From positions 1 through 64,000 of IMG/VR virus record IMGVR_UViG_3300030330_002885: a stretch of DNA of 64,000 bases, one strand, 5' to 3'. Both the position numbers and the translations under genes were made by a program. Origin of the DNA: a virus (lineage: Duplodnaviria; Caudoviricetes). Every line of letters starts with the position of its first letter. The first letter of the stretch is position 1. The notes beneath the pieces were generated by a model. The model saw nothing but the letters and a program-made list of their open reading frames with translations, did no database searches and was not told where the DNA came from. Of this stretch, positions 48,601-58,380 are shown piece after piece.

Positions 48601-49247
48601 TAATGAGCGTTAGTGGAAATACAAGTATGTTTGATAGAGCAACAAAAGTTATTGTAATAGGCGATAGGGTTAAAGCGGAAATCGCCATGCCTACAGATGG
48701 GGCGCAGAATACATTAAGATACATAGATACTTCTATTAAAAATATAAATGATGCAAAAATAAAAGCAAATCAATTAATGGTATTACACTCTCAAGATATA
48801 AGAAAAATAACTTTAAAATTACAAAAAGAAGGTTTAGAACTATTAGAGGCAGGAGATATACTAACATTAGATTTCCCTAACCATAATATACCGAGAGATG
48901 ATTACATAGTCTTTGATATACAAAATGTATTATCAGGAACATCGGAAATAACTGTTGGAACATTTGATAGAACTATTGCAGAAAGATTAGCAGAATTAGA
49001 TGCGGAAAATAAAAATGCTAACATTACAAACTTTTCAACAAATTCAGTAACTTCATCGGTAGGTAATTTCTTAACTGATTCATTTAAGATAAGAAACCAA
49101 AGTATAAAATATACAATTAGCACAGATACATTAGCGGGTGGAACAACAATCGGATTTGGTAATACTATAGGTTTTAGTGGTCAAATAGGATTAGGTTCTA
49201 CAACATCAAGCATTACGACAACATATGAAAGTGAGAGGGATTTATAG
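42639..49247 (+). CDS. Very large tail-tip/hub protein (2202 aa)
   Basis: Beta-rich; C-terminal hub-like segment ATKVIVIGD...LEAGDILTLD; position. Confidence 0.65.
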   Translation: MSGKMTFPLNAGEDETTFTETYTTKSSTNAKSKAYKNVSVNPLLKTNGLEDETNNLPSVGSNSAPVVSMLFFEIRNGPHAQDMPTNQKPTSNIQNRLFPTSSNISDVGTNKENTPSYKVKIYDSQLTHGVTNKPATYHASSDTPNSNIGLDIKNRDYFIILNPNIQEDDTTSVRPHFAKITRLSSFDSFGDGVEFTPKYKGDIPKGTEFEIYKGPLKTETDVVAVSYGLRGDTSASTDKFDKICIVNRPTFYFYNDRLEEDDQLNYNEKYTITITRHWGTFTFNLTDTVGELSQYEQGSLAGGKYFQLADGDYDKLTEGMSLIKSDGTYLGNIESGSTDGTTGKLALDYYRPSGTLNSGGGTDTTDIAVKVGTTIQSVVFKTERRYDNTIQNLGRSKLDVLLVDNNLTTDETDSGETFNPIFWHKAFPNMKRSSTDSTTTTTSLDGTLNGPSKYLRFVNASLKNDKIPMALETSVNSPRNKMSKYAELISIDNAGIQHLKYKLDSKMVVRNGIFSDSIKFRKLPNTVTTNSNTLEFNNNTSVNTDNKSDYDYSAILGADSIVLIGEYYYRVSSITSKTNETKQSFQVSHKKKKSENTWTSDTTPPTVTNADIHISHYSNNKFNLGFSSDTEVITSQNNRLTLEEHTIDKDNSKMHNMRISMNAFTNHETLIDYGDKNLQYVSILEPNRTYYQDSPKHRMFYYGGGYTIHEEVFNGLVDTLDNYNENGLMGFRLTGRDKTANLITNTVNKNLNFSDDIVYSTLVPSLDLSNTFTVYGAFGKEGGSTLRVDGNKTGSLVKYVLLFDENYEFIGEVDTSIYVTSTPAHTVITLRNYITKDVADNSSVYYYNPLNSSSRYLAGAKAIGVNSLESEYPTDFTHTSEKGLVFNNGMNFTYASNSFSYADLKFTSNDGNYLEDGSLGYNIYKPKGLEKTITSGGTVADLTSQNDNFLLKLAKENEDYVTEINKDISSSLYLHVVDTVKIAEGVNIITLAPNFPVLLGITDKNLNDTRYAPSGSHLYNSSMYFVNSNAPIGGYMHRLQNRFKTIYAPTETYKFTDFQRFKHNTIIPPYDSADAFGQDAATSVYRTGNRPHKITGYTSGGKVLGNGYVSLTNVIKDTDWWKDSENKDNLTEDRDTYSDDLNENDLNQLLNNDYRARPFYLYATGDILPDSFLRHNSLGFSSNTNSLDNFGLMFESNGTEGSDISHSWSGKTKAVVKRDSNYELSEISSSTISNPTLIRRWGIIRLVEATFDWHFNSVDFEALKDEGLPRLDIGSYIKYVISGGSVTTSSFGLRSQIGNNIDDLKLFSGFTNTNDNVMADKGIDLPEVKIVRPNLLIQDRDGDKAYAYAQLSGNGGYRPQNIILPIISEVSEAGTGNFVNSAFHVEDITGTTGLDTIRKHYSKVLYALCKPFDNNHDSAPAHYFKMDWPSKDIYDNCTALFKNLKGSTDDSNKPMKLTSARLDEFSYSQPYTNLSNLLDGDQHSQNIQVLKGTNYPANVDSISGSGVAFNVALIGARTKNYIFEALKTEPTAANHNAVSSNNKGEMYSGQMVIKPQFNITADLAVNTDLSFTMDSNSRHHWLNFVPNLEGYYIVSNKLNAGSGSGTAYLPTFEDPTNITEYSAKGMPLYIGKIIEHTINSSGTEKIHKLKFDTAIDVSEHGQYFRLMRISDTTFEQTPDYIEINVMQDLGLKYDKVPDNFRTGTTSDKDHYNEGLYSMYMLLNIDENDSALSTNYIERRTISDAASILPVSNGEEIDCYITDGINSQRKSLTVTLTNETSTSAPQLKFEYDGTLTGNGCVSFGKTFAVTIPTALKTEPTHCYLGTTFSIGSVVENEIETIAKDSNLDVDIEQSLKQYTGLVVDSVSSNVITLLNSPTDVEVDDVIYNQSGYLIGKITAKSTSSPFTITIGGGIHYSPLQYDEITKRNKKTMVSLANFSDVESLNAINYLASKKQLDYQIKNNQIKFRNLEDSYGLRRYDISYKSNNRLMSVSGNTSMFDRATKVIVIGDRVKAEIAMPTDGAQNTLRYIDTSIKNINDAKIKANQLMVLHSQDIRKITLKLQKEGLELLEAGDILTLDFPNHNIPRDDYIVFDIQNVLSGTSEITVGTFDRTIAERLAELDAENKNANITNFSTNSVTSSVGNFLTDSFKIRNQSIKYTISTDTLAGGTTIGFGNTIGFSGQIGLGSTTSSITTTYESERDL

Positions 49248-49595
49248 ATGATAACAAATAGTGCAAAAAATGATATTGCTACTAATTATGTAGCAGTAAA
49301 TTATACAAAGATAAAGATAGGAGATGGTGCAGATTCTACTTCTGCATCACAAACTAAATTAGACCATGCAGTTGGTAGCGTTAAAACTGTAACACCATCA
49401 GTTGTAGGTTCTACATTAATTTATGAAGTTGATTTCTTAGGTTCAGAAATACCCACTTCTGGAGTAACAGAACTTGGTATATTTCATAAAGACCATATAG
49501 ATACCAAAATGTTAAGCCGAGTAACATTTACAAGCACAGGCGTTGTAGCGGCAAGTGATACGGTTAGTTTTACAATTAGAATAGAGGTGAATTGA
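49248..49595 (+). CDS. Small baseplate/fibre-attachment protein
   Basis: MITNSAK...IKIGDG...TELGIF...MLSRVTF pattern. Confidence 0.6.
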   Translation: MITNSAKNDIATNYVAVNYTKIKIGDGADSTSASQTKLDHAVGSVKTVTPSVVGSTLIYEVDFLGSEIPTSGVTELGIFHKDHIDTKMLSRVTFTSTGVVAASDTVSFTIRIEVN

Positions 49596-49596
49596 A

Positions 49597-52500
49597 TTGA
49601 CTACAATAGAGAATACAGGTTTTATTAGCACATTAGCGGCAGACCCGCAAGACCCAATAGATGATGCTACCGATTCAATACATTCAGCAATTATTTTATC
49701 ATTAAGTGCGGCTACAGGTGAAAACCGACCTATTAGCGGATTTGATATACAACAAATAGGAACAGGCACACATACAAGATATGATGTTACTGCAGGTAAA
49801 GTACTAAGAAATGGTAAATTAATATCTGTTTCTTCTGATAATTTAACTACAGATGGAACAACAGGAGTAGCCCATACGGGTTCAGGTGCTAAAGATTGGT
49901 ATGGAGTAATTGTTGTTTGTGATGGAACAGAAAGTGGAGAAAGTGCTAATACTCTTAAATGGAGATATGAAAGATTCCGAAGTGGAGGTTTAACTTCAGG
50001 TAAAGATGAAACTGCTAATGCTACTGTTGCCGCAATTAAAGATGGAGATATACCTATTGCAGTAGTAAAATATGAAGCGGGTTCAAATAATAATGTAGTA
50101 AATAGACATATGCAATTTTTAGGTTATAAACAAGCAATAAGAGAATTTTCTGCAATAAATTCTAATGCAGAAACAATGAGAATAAATGCTGATGGAACTT
50201 TAACAAAGGGTTCAGCAACAATTACATTACCTTCTTCAACAGGAACATTAGCCTTACAAAATGAAAACACTACAGGAACTGCAGGTGGATTATCTGCAAC
50301 ATTAGCCGTAAGTAGTGGTGGAACAGGTGCTACTGCTTTTACAGATAAATCTGTAATTATATCTCAAGATACCGGAACTGATACTTTATCTTCAGTTGCT
50401 ATGACTACAAACGGTCAATTATTAATTGGTGGAACAGATGGCCCTGCAGTTGCTACTTTAGGTTCTTCTGGTGCAACTACTATAACAAATGGTAATGGCA
50501 CAATTAGCATTTCTTCGACTGATACTCAATTAACTAATGCTCAAGTTACGGGAATGGCCTTAACTAATTTAGATGTTTCAACAGGGGCAGATATTAGTGC
50601 AACAGATACAATACTTGGCGCATTAGGTAAAATAGAAAATAGAGTAAGGTTAAATGATGATAAAGTAACTAATACTGATGTTGATGTTTCTATTGCCAAT
50701 TTAAAGTCTAAACTTAATTCTGATTTTGCAGGAGATTTCACAATAGGAAATCAAACTGATGATACTGCTACATTTACAGGTCATCTTTCTGTTGGAGGAA
50801 ATTTGACTGTAACAGGAACTACAACTACTGTAAATACTCAAACTATTAATGCTCAAAATGCTATTGTATTTGAAGGTGCAACTGCTGATGCTAATGAAAC
50901 TACATTAACTATTACAGACCCAACGGCTGATAGAACAATTACATTACCCGATGCTGATGGAACAATTGCATTAGCGGGTGGTAATGTTGCATCGGCTGAT
51001 ACAGTAGATGCTACTTTAGATAATACAAATACAGCATATAATCTTTTATTCGCATCAACTCCTTCTACTAGCGGCGACCCTGTAGCATTAAAATATGATA
51101 CAACAGTAACATATAATCCTAGCACTAATAACTTGTATAGTGGTAGTTTACAATCTCAAACTAGCATAACTGCAGGTTCTTCAATAACTACAGGAGGTCA
51201 TCTTAGAGCAGAAACAAGAGTTCTTTCTGGTAATACTACATCAGGGTTAATTGGTTCATATTTTAGTGGTAATCTTAATAATGGTAGCGGAGGACAAGGT
51301 TCAGCAGTAACAAGAAATCCTATATTTGAAGGATATGGAAGTAGATATGCAGAATCAAGATTAATTATTGATAGTGCTATTGAAAGCAGTTATTCGGATG
51401 ATGCTGACCAACATGGTGTAGGTGGTGTATATTCAATAGAAACACAACACGCACAACATAGAGCAGGTTTGGTTATTAACCATGATGATGATACAAATAA
51501 TAATAACAATGATTATGTTTGGGCAATAGGTAAACAATTTAATTCAAGTGGTGTAGGAACAGATAGTTTCACAATTGGAATTGTTAATGATAAAACTTAT
51601 GAGGATTCCTTTTTAACTAATACTAATGCAAATGCCTTCCGTAGTGAAAATGCCGCATTAACAATTGATTCAAGTAAAAATGTTAGTTTAGCAAACGGAA
51701 TATCTTTAGGAACATCAAGTTCAACAACCGCAGGTACATTAAGATATAATAGTAATACTGTTCAATTTTATAATGGTTCTGCATGGACTACTTTAGATAG
51801 CGCAGGTGGTGAAGTAAATCAAAATGCCTTTAGTAATGTAGTTGTTGGTTCAGATACAATAGCGGCAGATGCGAAAACAGATACATTAACGCTAACTGCC
51901 GGAACTAATATAACATTAAGTGCGAACACTTCAACAGATACAGTAACAATTAATGCGTCTGATACTTCATTTGATGTTGATGGATTATCTCCAGAATCAG
52001 GATTAGATAGAGCAAATGATTCTATTCCTTTTTATGATGATAACGTATCAACAAATAAGAAAATTACATTACAACAATTAATGGCTCAAGTTTTAGAAGC
52101 GGATATTCCTGATTTATCTGCAAGTAAAATAACAAGTGGTTCATTTGCTACTGCAAGAATACCAACATTAGCACAATCTAAGGTAACAAACCTTGCTACT
52201 GATTTAGCATCTAAAGTTCCAACAACAAGAACAATTGCAGGTCGAGCATTATCAAATGACTTATTAGTTAGAGTTAATACTTCAACAGGTAAATTAGAAG
52301 TTAATGATGGTTCTAACACAACAACAATTCAAGACACTGCAGGAACTCCTGTTGATGTTATCTTTGATAATAGAAAAACAGAATATGATGAGATTCAAGA
52401 TGCTAATAACACTAAACCTGCAGATAACGCAACAGTAGGTGCTAGATTAGGAACTAATTTAAAGGCGGCAGATGGTTCAACGACATTAGGAGATGCTGAT

Positions 52501-54228
52501 GTTAAGAATGCTAATATTGCTTCAACTCATGTTGTAGGTAGTGGTAAACTATTTGCTTCAACATTACCTGAAGATGGTGCTACAACAGGAAAACTCTTTT
52601 TCCAAGCAGGAGTTCCAACTGCTAAAACAGTGGGTGATTTGTGGTTTGATTCTGATGATAGCAATAGAATGTATATTGCGGCTTCTGCAACTGCTAATGA
52701 AATAACATCGGGAGAATGGGAGTCAATTGGTTTCCCTGCCGGAGAAGCAGGGGCTACTGCTAATGCTACAGAAGATATACAAGATATTATCGGTGCAATG
52801 GTTAGTGGTAATACTGAAACAAATATTTCTGTAACATATGATGATACTAACGGTAAATTAAATTTTGTTTCAACAGATACAAACACAAATCAATTAACTA
52901 CATTTAATGTTAGTGTAGATACAAATAGTAATTCTACAACAATTGCTCATGGAGAAACATTAACATTTACAGGCGGAACAGGAATATCAACTGAAACAAC
53001 TGCTGATGGAACTATTACCTTTACTAATGATAGTCCTGACCAAACTGTTGCTTTAACTGCTAGTTCTAATGTAACAATTACAGGTACTTATCCTAACTTT
53101 ACAATTGCAGCAACAGACACTAATACAACTTATTCTGCGGCTTCAGGTGGTGGTCTTTCATTAAGCGGAACTGCATTCAGTATTGATGACCCAATTAATC
53201 TGAGTCAATTAACAGAATCAACAGATGCTACAGATGATAAAATATTACTTTGGGATGAATCGGCTTCTAGTTGGAAATATATGACTTTAGATGATTTACA
53301 AGATGCAATAGATACTACTGCAACAGGTGGTGCAGGTGAGGCCTTTAAAACAATTTCAGTTAGTGGTCAATCTGATGTTGTTGCAGATTTAGCCGCAGAT
53401 ACATTAACTTTAGCCGCAGGTTCAAATGTTACTATTACAACAGATGCTAGTAATGATACCATTACATTTGCTTCAACAGACACAAATACACAATTAAGCA
53501 CAGAAGAAGTGCAAGATATTGTGGGGGCTATGTTTGCATCTAATACTGAAACTAGAATTAGCGCAACATATCAAGACGGTGATGGAACTATTGATTTAGT
53601 TGTAGATGATATGACGGCTAATACTAACTATTATCTAACAGGATTAGCGTTATCATCAGGAACATTAACTGCTACTGTTAGTGGTGCATCTAATCCAACA
53701 GTTGATTTATCTGGCCTTTATACTGCTGGAACAGGTATTGATTTATCTTCAACTACATTAAGTGTTGATGTATCAGACTTCATGGCTAATGGTTCTGATA
53801 ATAGAATAATAACTGCAACGGGTACAGACGCTATGAATGCAGAAGCAAACTTAACATTTGATGGTTCTACTTTAGCAGTAACAGGACATTTAGATGCAAC
53901 TACTAAATCATTCGTTATTCCTCATCCTACAAAAGAAAATATGACTTTGCGGCATGGTTCTCTTGAAGGGCCGGAATATGGTGTTTATCATAGAGGAAGG
54001 TTAATAGAGGAATCCGTAATAGAACTTCCTGACTATTGGTTAGGTCTTGTTGATGATAATACTATTAGTGTTCAACTAACACCTAATGGTAGTTTTCAAA
54101 TGTTATATGTGGAAAAAATAGAAGATAATAAAGTCTATGTAATAAATGAAGCAGATGAAGGGATTGATTGTTTCTATATTATACATGGTGAAAGAAAGGA
54201 TATTGGAAAAATGGAGGTTGAATACTGA
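49597..54228 (+). CDS. Tail fibre/adhesin 1 (1543 aa, modular repeats)
   Basis: T/S/G/D-rich repeats; GNLTVTGTTTTVN; C-terminal KSFVIPHP...LRHGSLEGPE...LPDYW domain typical of marine phage fibres. Confidence 0.8.
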   Translation: MTTIENTGFISTLAADPQDPIDDATDSIHSAIILSLSAATGENRPISGFDIQQIGTGTHTRYDVTAGKVLRNGKLISVSSDNLTTDGTTGVAHTGSGAKDWYGVIVVCDGTESGESANTLKWRYERFRSGGLTSGKDETANATVAAIKDGDIPIAVVKYEAGSNNNVVNRHMQFLGYKQAIREFSAINSNAETMRINADGTLTKGSATITLPSSTGTLALQNENTTGTAGGLSATLAVSSGGTGATAFTDKSVIISQDTGTDTLSSVAMTTNGQLLIGGTDGPAVATLGSSGATTITNGNGTISISSTDTQLTNAQVTGMALTNLDVSTGADISATDTILGALGKIENRVRLNDDKVTNTDVDVSIANLKSKLNSDFAGDFTIGNQTDDTATFTGHLSVGGNLTVTGTTTTVNTQTINAQNAIVFEGATADANETTLTITDPTADRTITLPDADGTIALAGGNVASADTVDATLDNTNTAYNLLFASTPSTSGDPVALKYDTTVTYNPSTNNLYSGSLQSQTSITAGSSITTGGHLRAETRVLSGNTTSGLIGSYFSGNLNNGSGGQGSAVTRNPIFEGYGSRYAESRLIIDSAIESSYSDDADQHGVGGVYSIETQHAQHRAGLVINHDDDTNNNNNDYVWAIGKQFNSSGVGTDSFTIGIVNDKTYEDSFLTNTNANAFRSENAALTIDSSKNVSLANGISLGTSSSTTAGTLRYNSNTVQFYNGSAWTTLDSAGGEVNQNAFSNVVVGSDTIAADAKTDTLTLTAGTNITLSANTSTDTVTINASDTSFDVDGLSPESGLDRANDSIPFYDDNVSTNKKITLQQLMAQVLEADIPDLSASKITSGSFATARIPTLAQSKVTNLATDLASKVPTTRTIAGRALSNDLLVRVNTSTGKLEVNDGSNTTTIQDTAGTPVDVIFDNRKTEYDEIQDANNTKPADNATVGARLGTNLKAADGSTTLGDADVKNANIASTHVVGSGKLFASTLPEDGATTGKLFFQAGVPTAKTVGDLWFDSDDSNRMYIAASATANEITSGEWESIGFPAGEAGATANATEDIQDIIGAMVSGNTETNISVTYDDTNGKLNFVSTDTNTNQLTTFNVSVDTNSNSTTIAHGETLTFTGGTGISTETTADGTITFTNDSPDQTVALTASSNVTITGTYPNFTIAATDTNTTYSAASGGGLSLSGTAFSIDDPINLSQLTESTDATDDKILLWDESASSWKYMTLDDLQDAIDTTATGGAGEAFKTISVSGQSDVVADLAADTLTLAAGSNVTITTDASNDTITFASTDTNTQLSTEEVQDIVGAMFASNTETRISATYQDGDGTIDLVVDDMTANTNYYLTGLALSSGTLTATVSGASNPTVDLSGLYTAGTGIDLSSTTLSVDVSDFMANGSDNRIITATGTDAMNAEANLTFDGSTLAVTGHLDATTKSFVIPHPTKENMTLRHGSLEGPEYGVYHRGRLIEESVIELPDYWLGLVDDNTISVQLTPNGSFQMLYVEKIEDNKVYVINEADEGIDCFYIIHGERKDIGKMEVEY

Positions 54229-57200
54229 TGGCTAATTCAGATAAAGATATTAAAATAACACCAAACACAGGTAGTGCAAACTTACCTAAGATAGAATTTA
54301 CAGGACAAGATAATGCGACAAAAACATTATCTGTTGCTAATTCTGGCGCACTATCTTTTGATGGTGATTTAACTGTAACAGGTGATTTTACTGTTAGCGG
54401 CTCGACAACAAGTGTAAATACTGAAACTATAACAATAGATGATAACATTATTGTTTTAAATAATAATCAAACGGGAACTCCTTCTGAAAATGCAGGTATA
54501 GAAGTTGAAAGAGGCGATTCTACTAATACAGTTCTTAGATGGAATGAAACTACAGATAGATGGCAATTTACTAATGATGGAACTAACTATCACAATATTC
54601 CAACTTCTTCTGAATATACAGATAATGATGGAGATATTACAAGTGTTAATATATCAGCAGGAACAGGAATATCTGTTAGTCAATCAAACACAGGTAGTGG
54701 TGATTATACTGCAACAATAACAAATAGCGCACCAAATGTAGCATTTGCAGTAGGTGATATTACAGGTGCTACTGCTTTAACAAGCGGTTTAGCCTCAACT
54801 GATGAATTAGTCTTAAGTGATGGTGGAGTATTAAAAAGAATGGATATTTCAGTAATAGAAAACTATATGCAGAATAATCTTACATTTACTACTAATACTG
54901 ATACTCAACTAACACAAGAACAAGTAGAAGATTATGTAGCGGGAGTAATAACCGCAGGAACAAATGTTACTGCTACTTACGATGATTCAGCAGGAACATT
55001 AACAATTGCTTCAACAGACACTAATACACAATTAAGTGATTCACAGGTAGAAACTGCTTATAATACTCAGGTAAGTCAAGTAAGTTCTGCAGAAAGAACA
55101 AATGGAACTGCAACAGGAATTAGAAGATATGCTCCTGCTGATATTAAAAGCATGATTGATACTCACCAATCAGATACAGTTTATACTCACCCAACACATG
55201 ATGGAGATGATATCAGTATTGATACAGGTGCTTTAACGGGTGCAACAGTTATATCAGATTTAGACTTTAATGTTACTACTGATACATTAGGTCATGTTAC
55301 AGATGCAAATGCTACAGTTTCTACTAGAAATTTAACATTAGCAAATTTAGGTTTTACAGGAGATTCAGATGCTACTGATGACCAAACCGCTAGTGAGATT
55401 ACTGCATTATTAAATGATGTAGCGTCTTATTCTTTAGGAACTGCCGATACAGGAACTATAACAGTAAATCATGATTTAACTGTAACAGGAGATTTAATTG
55501 TAAGTGGAGATACTGTTACATTAAATACAGCAACTTTAGATGTAGAAGATGTTACTATTAGAGTTGCTAAAGATGCTAGTACACTTTCTGCTACAGATGG
55601 GGCGGGTATAGAGTTTGGTGCAGATTCTTCTAAACCTACATTAACTTGGGATAATACAAATACTAGATTAACTACTAACAAAGCGTTTCATTCAAGTGGT
55701 GGTTTTATTGGTTCTATTACAGGAGATGTTACAGGAACTGCTAGTAATGCTTCTGCTATTGATGATGGTGCAGTGAGTACGGCGGCTAAATTAGCAAGCA
55801 ATGTTGTAACAGAAGCAAAAATAAATTCAAATGCAGTAACTAATACTAAAATAGCAGCAGGAGCAGTTGATACAAATGAATTAGCGGCTGATGCTGTAGA
55901 AGAAGCCAAGATAGCAAATAGCGCAGTAACAGGTGCTAAAATAAGTGCTTTTGCTATTGCTGATAAATCTTTATCAAGTATTTTATATCAAACTGCAGGT
56001 GAAACAGGAAATATATTAGTAAATAGTAATAATGGTTTTCCAGACGAAGGTGTTGTTTCTTTAGAAGACGAACTAATAAGATATAAAGGAATTAATGGTG
56101 ATGGTAGAACTTTAAACAATTGTACAAGAGGATATAGAGGAACTACTGCGACAGGTCATACTGCAAATGGTTCATTAACTGTTACTCTTTTAGCAGGTAA
56201 AGAAGTTACATTAGGAGGAACTAAAAAGGTAGAAGTAATACCGTTTGTAGGAAGCGATGGAACAAATGCTTCTGAAACAGGATTAGTTCCTGCTACTGCG
56301 GCAGGTGATAATAATAAATATTTAAGAGGAGATGGTTCTTGGCAAACAATAAGTTCTGGAACAACCCCAAATGATTCAACAGTTACATTAACTGCTGGAA
56401 ATGGTTTAACAGGTGGGGGTACATTTACAACCGACCAATCAAGCAATTCTTCAGTTTCTTTTGCAGTTGGAGTTGATGATTCATCCATTGAAATAAATTC
56501 TGATGCTTTAAGAGTAAAAGCAAGTGGTATTACAAATGCAATGTTAGGAGGTTCTATTGCTAACGCTAAACTTGCTAATTCAGCAATTACTGTTGATGGA
56601 ACTTCCGTTTCATTGGGTGGTTCTGTAACAACAACAAATACTAACCAATTAACCACATTTACTTTAACAGGAGATTCGGGAACAAATCAAACTATTGCTC
56701 ATGGTAATACATTAGATATTGCAGGTGGAACAGGAATATCTACAACAGTAGGTGATACTGATACAGTAACAGTTGCTATTGATGCCGCCCAAACAGGGAT
56801 TACATCTTTATTAGCAACAGATATAAAAATTGGTGAAGATGACCAAACAAAGATTGATTTTGAAGATGCTGATACTATTAACTTTTATGCTGGTAATGAA
56901 AAACAATTAATTCTTACTGATGGGGCATTAACAACAACTTCAACTTTTTCAATTGATACAGCAAGTGCTGGAGGCTCAATTAGAATAAAAAATGGTGGTA
57001 ATGAAGTAGGCAGACTTATGCAGTATGGATTTCAAGCGATTGATGGAACTGCCACAAACCCTTCAATTATGTTCTTAAATAGTTATCAAACAGGTTTGTA
57101 TAGAGCCGCCGCAAATCAAATAGGATTTACTATAAATGGAACAGGGCAGGTAATAATCAAAGATGGGGTAATAGAACCTGTTACTGATAACGATGTAGAT

Positions 57201-58376
57201 TTAGGTTCATCAAGCCTTGAATTTAAAGATGGATATTTTGATGGAACATTACATTGTGATGTATTAGACTTAGCGGGAACTGAATATACTTCAATTGGCG
57301 GTGCTTCTGTATTAAGTGAATTAACAGATGTAACAATGGATGCTACTAACTTTACTGATTCACTTCTAATTCAAATCAATAGTGATGGTTCTGCACCAAC
57401 AACAGGAACATTAAATTCTGCATCAGATAACATAGGTATAGGAAAAGATGTTTTTGCCGCATTAACTTCCGGCCATAGTAGTGTAGTATTAGGCGCAGAA
57501 GCGGGTAAATCGCTTACTTCAGGGCATGAATCAGTATTAATAGGCCATAATGCAGGTAAATTACTTACTTATGCTTCGGACAATGTAGCAATAGGGGCTT
57601 ATGCTTTAGATGCTGCTACTTCCGGTGGTTCAAATGTAGCAGTAGGATATTACGCATTATCAAGTGTAACAGGTAGCAATTCCAATGTAGCCATAGGTTA
57701 TAATGCGGGTAAAACCGTAAGTAATCAAACAAATAACACTTTAGTTGGTAGAAGTGCAGGTCAAGACCTTAATTCCGCTAATAACGTAATTATCGGCTCA
57801 ATGGCCGGAGATGGTATTTCAAGCGGCGGTAATCAGACTTTAATTGGGTATTCCGCAGGTGGTGGATTAACCACAGGTTCGGACAATATAACAATAGGTT
57901 ATTATGCGGGTAGCACTTTAACAACAGGTAGCGGAAATGTCGTAATAGGCAGAAGCACCCCCGATTCTAATACAGGTGATAATCAACTTATAATTAGTAA
58001 TTCTAAACAAACATCATTTGGCGGTAGGACATGGATTCTCGGTAATGATGATTCACAAGTTAATTCAAAGGTAAATGTAATAGCCGTTAGTAGCAATACA
58101 ACATTAACTAATGTAGGTGAGGGTGTAATAGCACAAAGCGGTGCAGTTATCTATTGGACAGGTGGAACATTAACTTTACCTTATAATGCAACTGTGGGAA
58201 CACAATACACTATAATTAATAATACAGGTAGTGCCGCTAAACCTGATTTAAACTCTAATGGTGATTTCTTAAATGGAACACATGGTAATATAGATGATAA
58301 AGATTCTAGAACTTATATTTGTGTAGCATCAGGAAATACAAGTGGTGGTAGTCCTGATTGGTGGGGTATAGGTTGA
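54228..58376 (+). CDS. Tail fibre/adhesin 2 (1382 aa) with YadA-head-like repeats
   Basis: GIEVERG module, AVTxAKI pentad repeats, 14-aa N[VT]x[IV]GxxAG repeats near the C-terminus. Confidence 0.8.
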   Translation: MANSDKDIKITPNTGSANLPKIEFTGQDNATKTLSVANSGALSFDGDLTVTGDFTVSGSTTSVNTETITIDDNIIVLNNNQTGTPSENAGIEVERGDSTNTVLRWNETTDRWQFTNDGTNYHNIPTSSEYTDNDGDITSVNISAGTGISVSQSNTGSGDYTATITNSAPNVAFAVGDITGATALTSGLASTDELVLSDGGVLKRMDISVIENYMQNNLTFTTNTDTQLTQEQVEDYVAGVITAGTNVTATYDDSAGTLTIASTDTNTQLSDSQVETAYNTQVSQVSSAERTNGTATGIRRYAPADIKSMIDTHQSDTVYTHPTHDGDDISIDTGALTGATVISDLDFNVTTDTLGHVTDANATVSTRNLTLANLGFTGDSDATDDQTASEITALLNDVASYSLGTADTGTITVNHDLTVTGDLIVSGDTVTLNTATLDVEDVTIRVAKDASTLSATDGAGIEFGADSSKPTLTWDNTNTRLTTNKAFHSSGGFIGSITGDVTGTASNASAIDDGAVSTAAKLASNVVTEAKINSNAVTNTKIAAGAVDTNELAADAVEEAKIANSAVTGAKISAFAIADKSLSSILYQTAGETGNILVNSNNGFPDEGVVSLEDELIRYKGINGDGRTLNNCTRGYRGTTATGHTANGSLTVTLLAGKEVTLGGTKKVEVIPFVGSDGTNASETGLVPATAAGDNNKYLRGDGSWQTISSGTTPNDSTVTLTAGNGLTGGGTFTTDQSSNSSVSFAVGVDDSSIEINSDALRVKASGITNAMLGGSIANAKLANSAITVDGTSVSLGGSVTTTNTNQLTTFTLTGDSGTNQTIAHGNTLDIAGGTGISTTVGDTDTVTVAIDAAQTGITSLLATDIKIGEDDQTKIDFEDADTINFYAGNEKQLILTDGALTTTSTFSIDTASAGGSIRIKNGGNEVGRLMQYGFQAIDGTATNPSIMFLNSYQTGLYRAAANQIGFTINGTGQVIIKDGVIEPVTDNDVDLGSSSLEFKDGYFDGTLHCDVLDLAGTEYTSIGGASVLSELTDVTMDATNFTDSLLIQINSDGSAPTTGTLNSASDNIGIGKDVFAALTSGHSSVVLGAEAGKSLTSGHESVLIGHNAGKLLTYASDNVAIGAYALDAATSGGSNVAVGYYALSSVTGSNSNVAIGYNAGKTVSNQTNNTLVGRSAGQDLNSANNVIIGSMAGDGISSGGNQTLIGYSAGGGLTTGSDNITIGYYAGSTLTTGSGNVVIGRSTPDSNTGDNQLIISNSKQTSFGGRTWILGNDDSQVNSKVNVIAVSSNTTLTNVGEGVIAQSGAVIYWTGGTLTLPYNATVGTQYTIINNTGSAAKPDLNSNGDFLNGTHGNIDDKDSRTYICVASGNTSGGSPDWWGIG

Positions 58377-58380
58377 TAAT

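Noticed and set aside
404-56656. Numerous minus-strand ORFs of 60-166 aa in the track (for example 14529-14834, 20451-20819, 56156-56656)
   Set aside because: They lie antisense to long, tightly packed + strand genes and show the S/L/F/I- or V/P/A-rich composition of shadow frames, with no RBS support.
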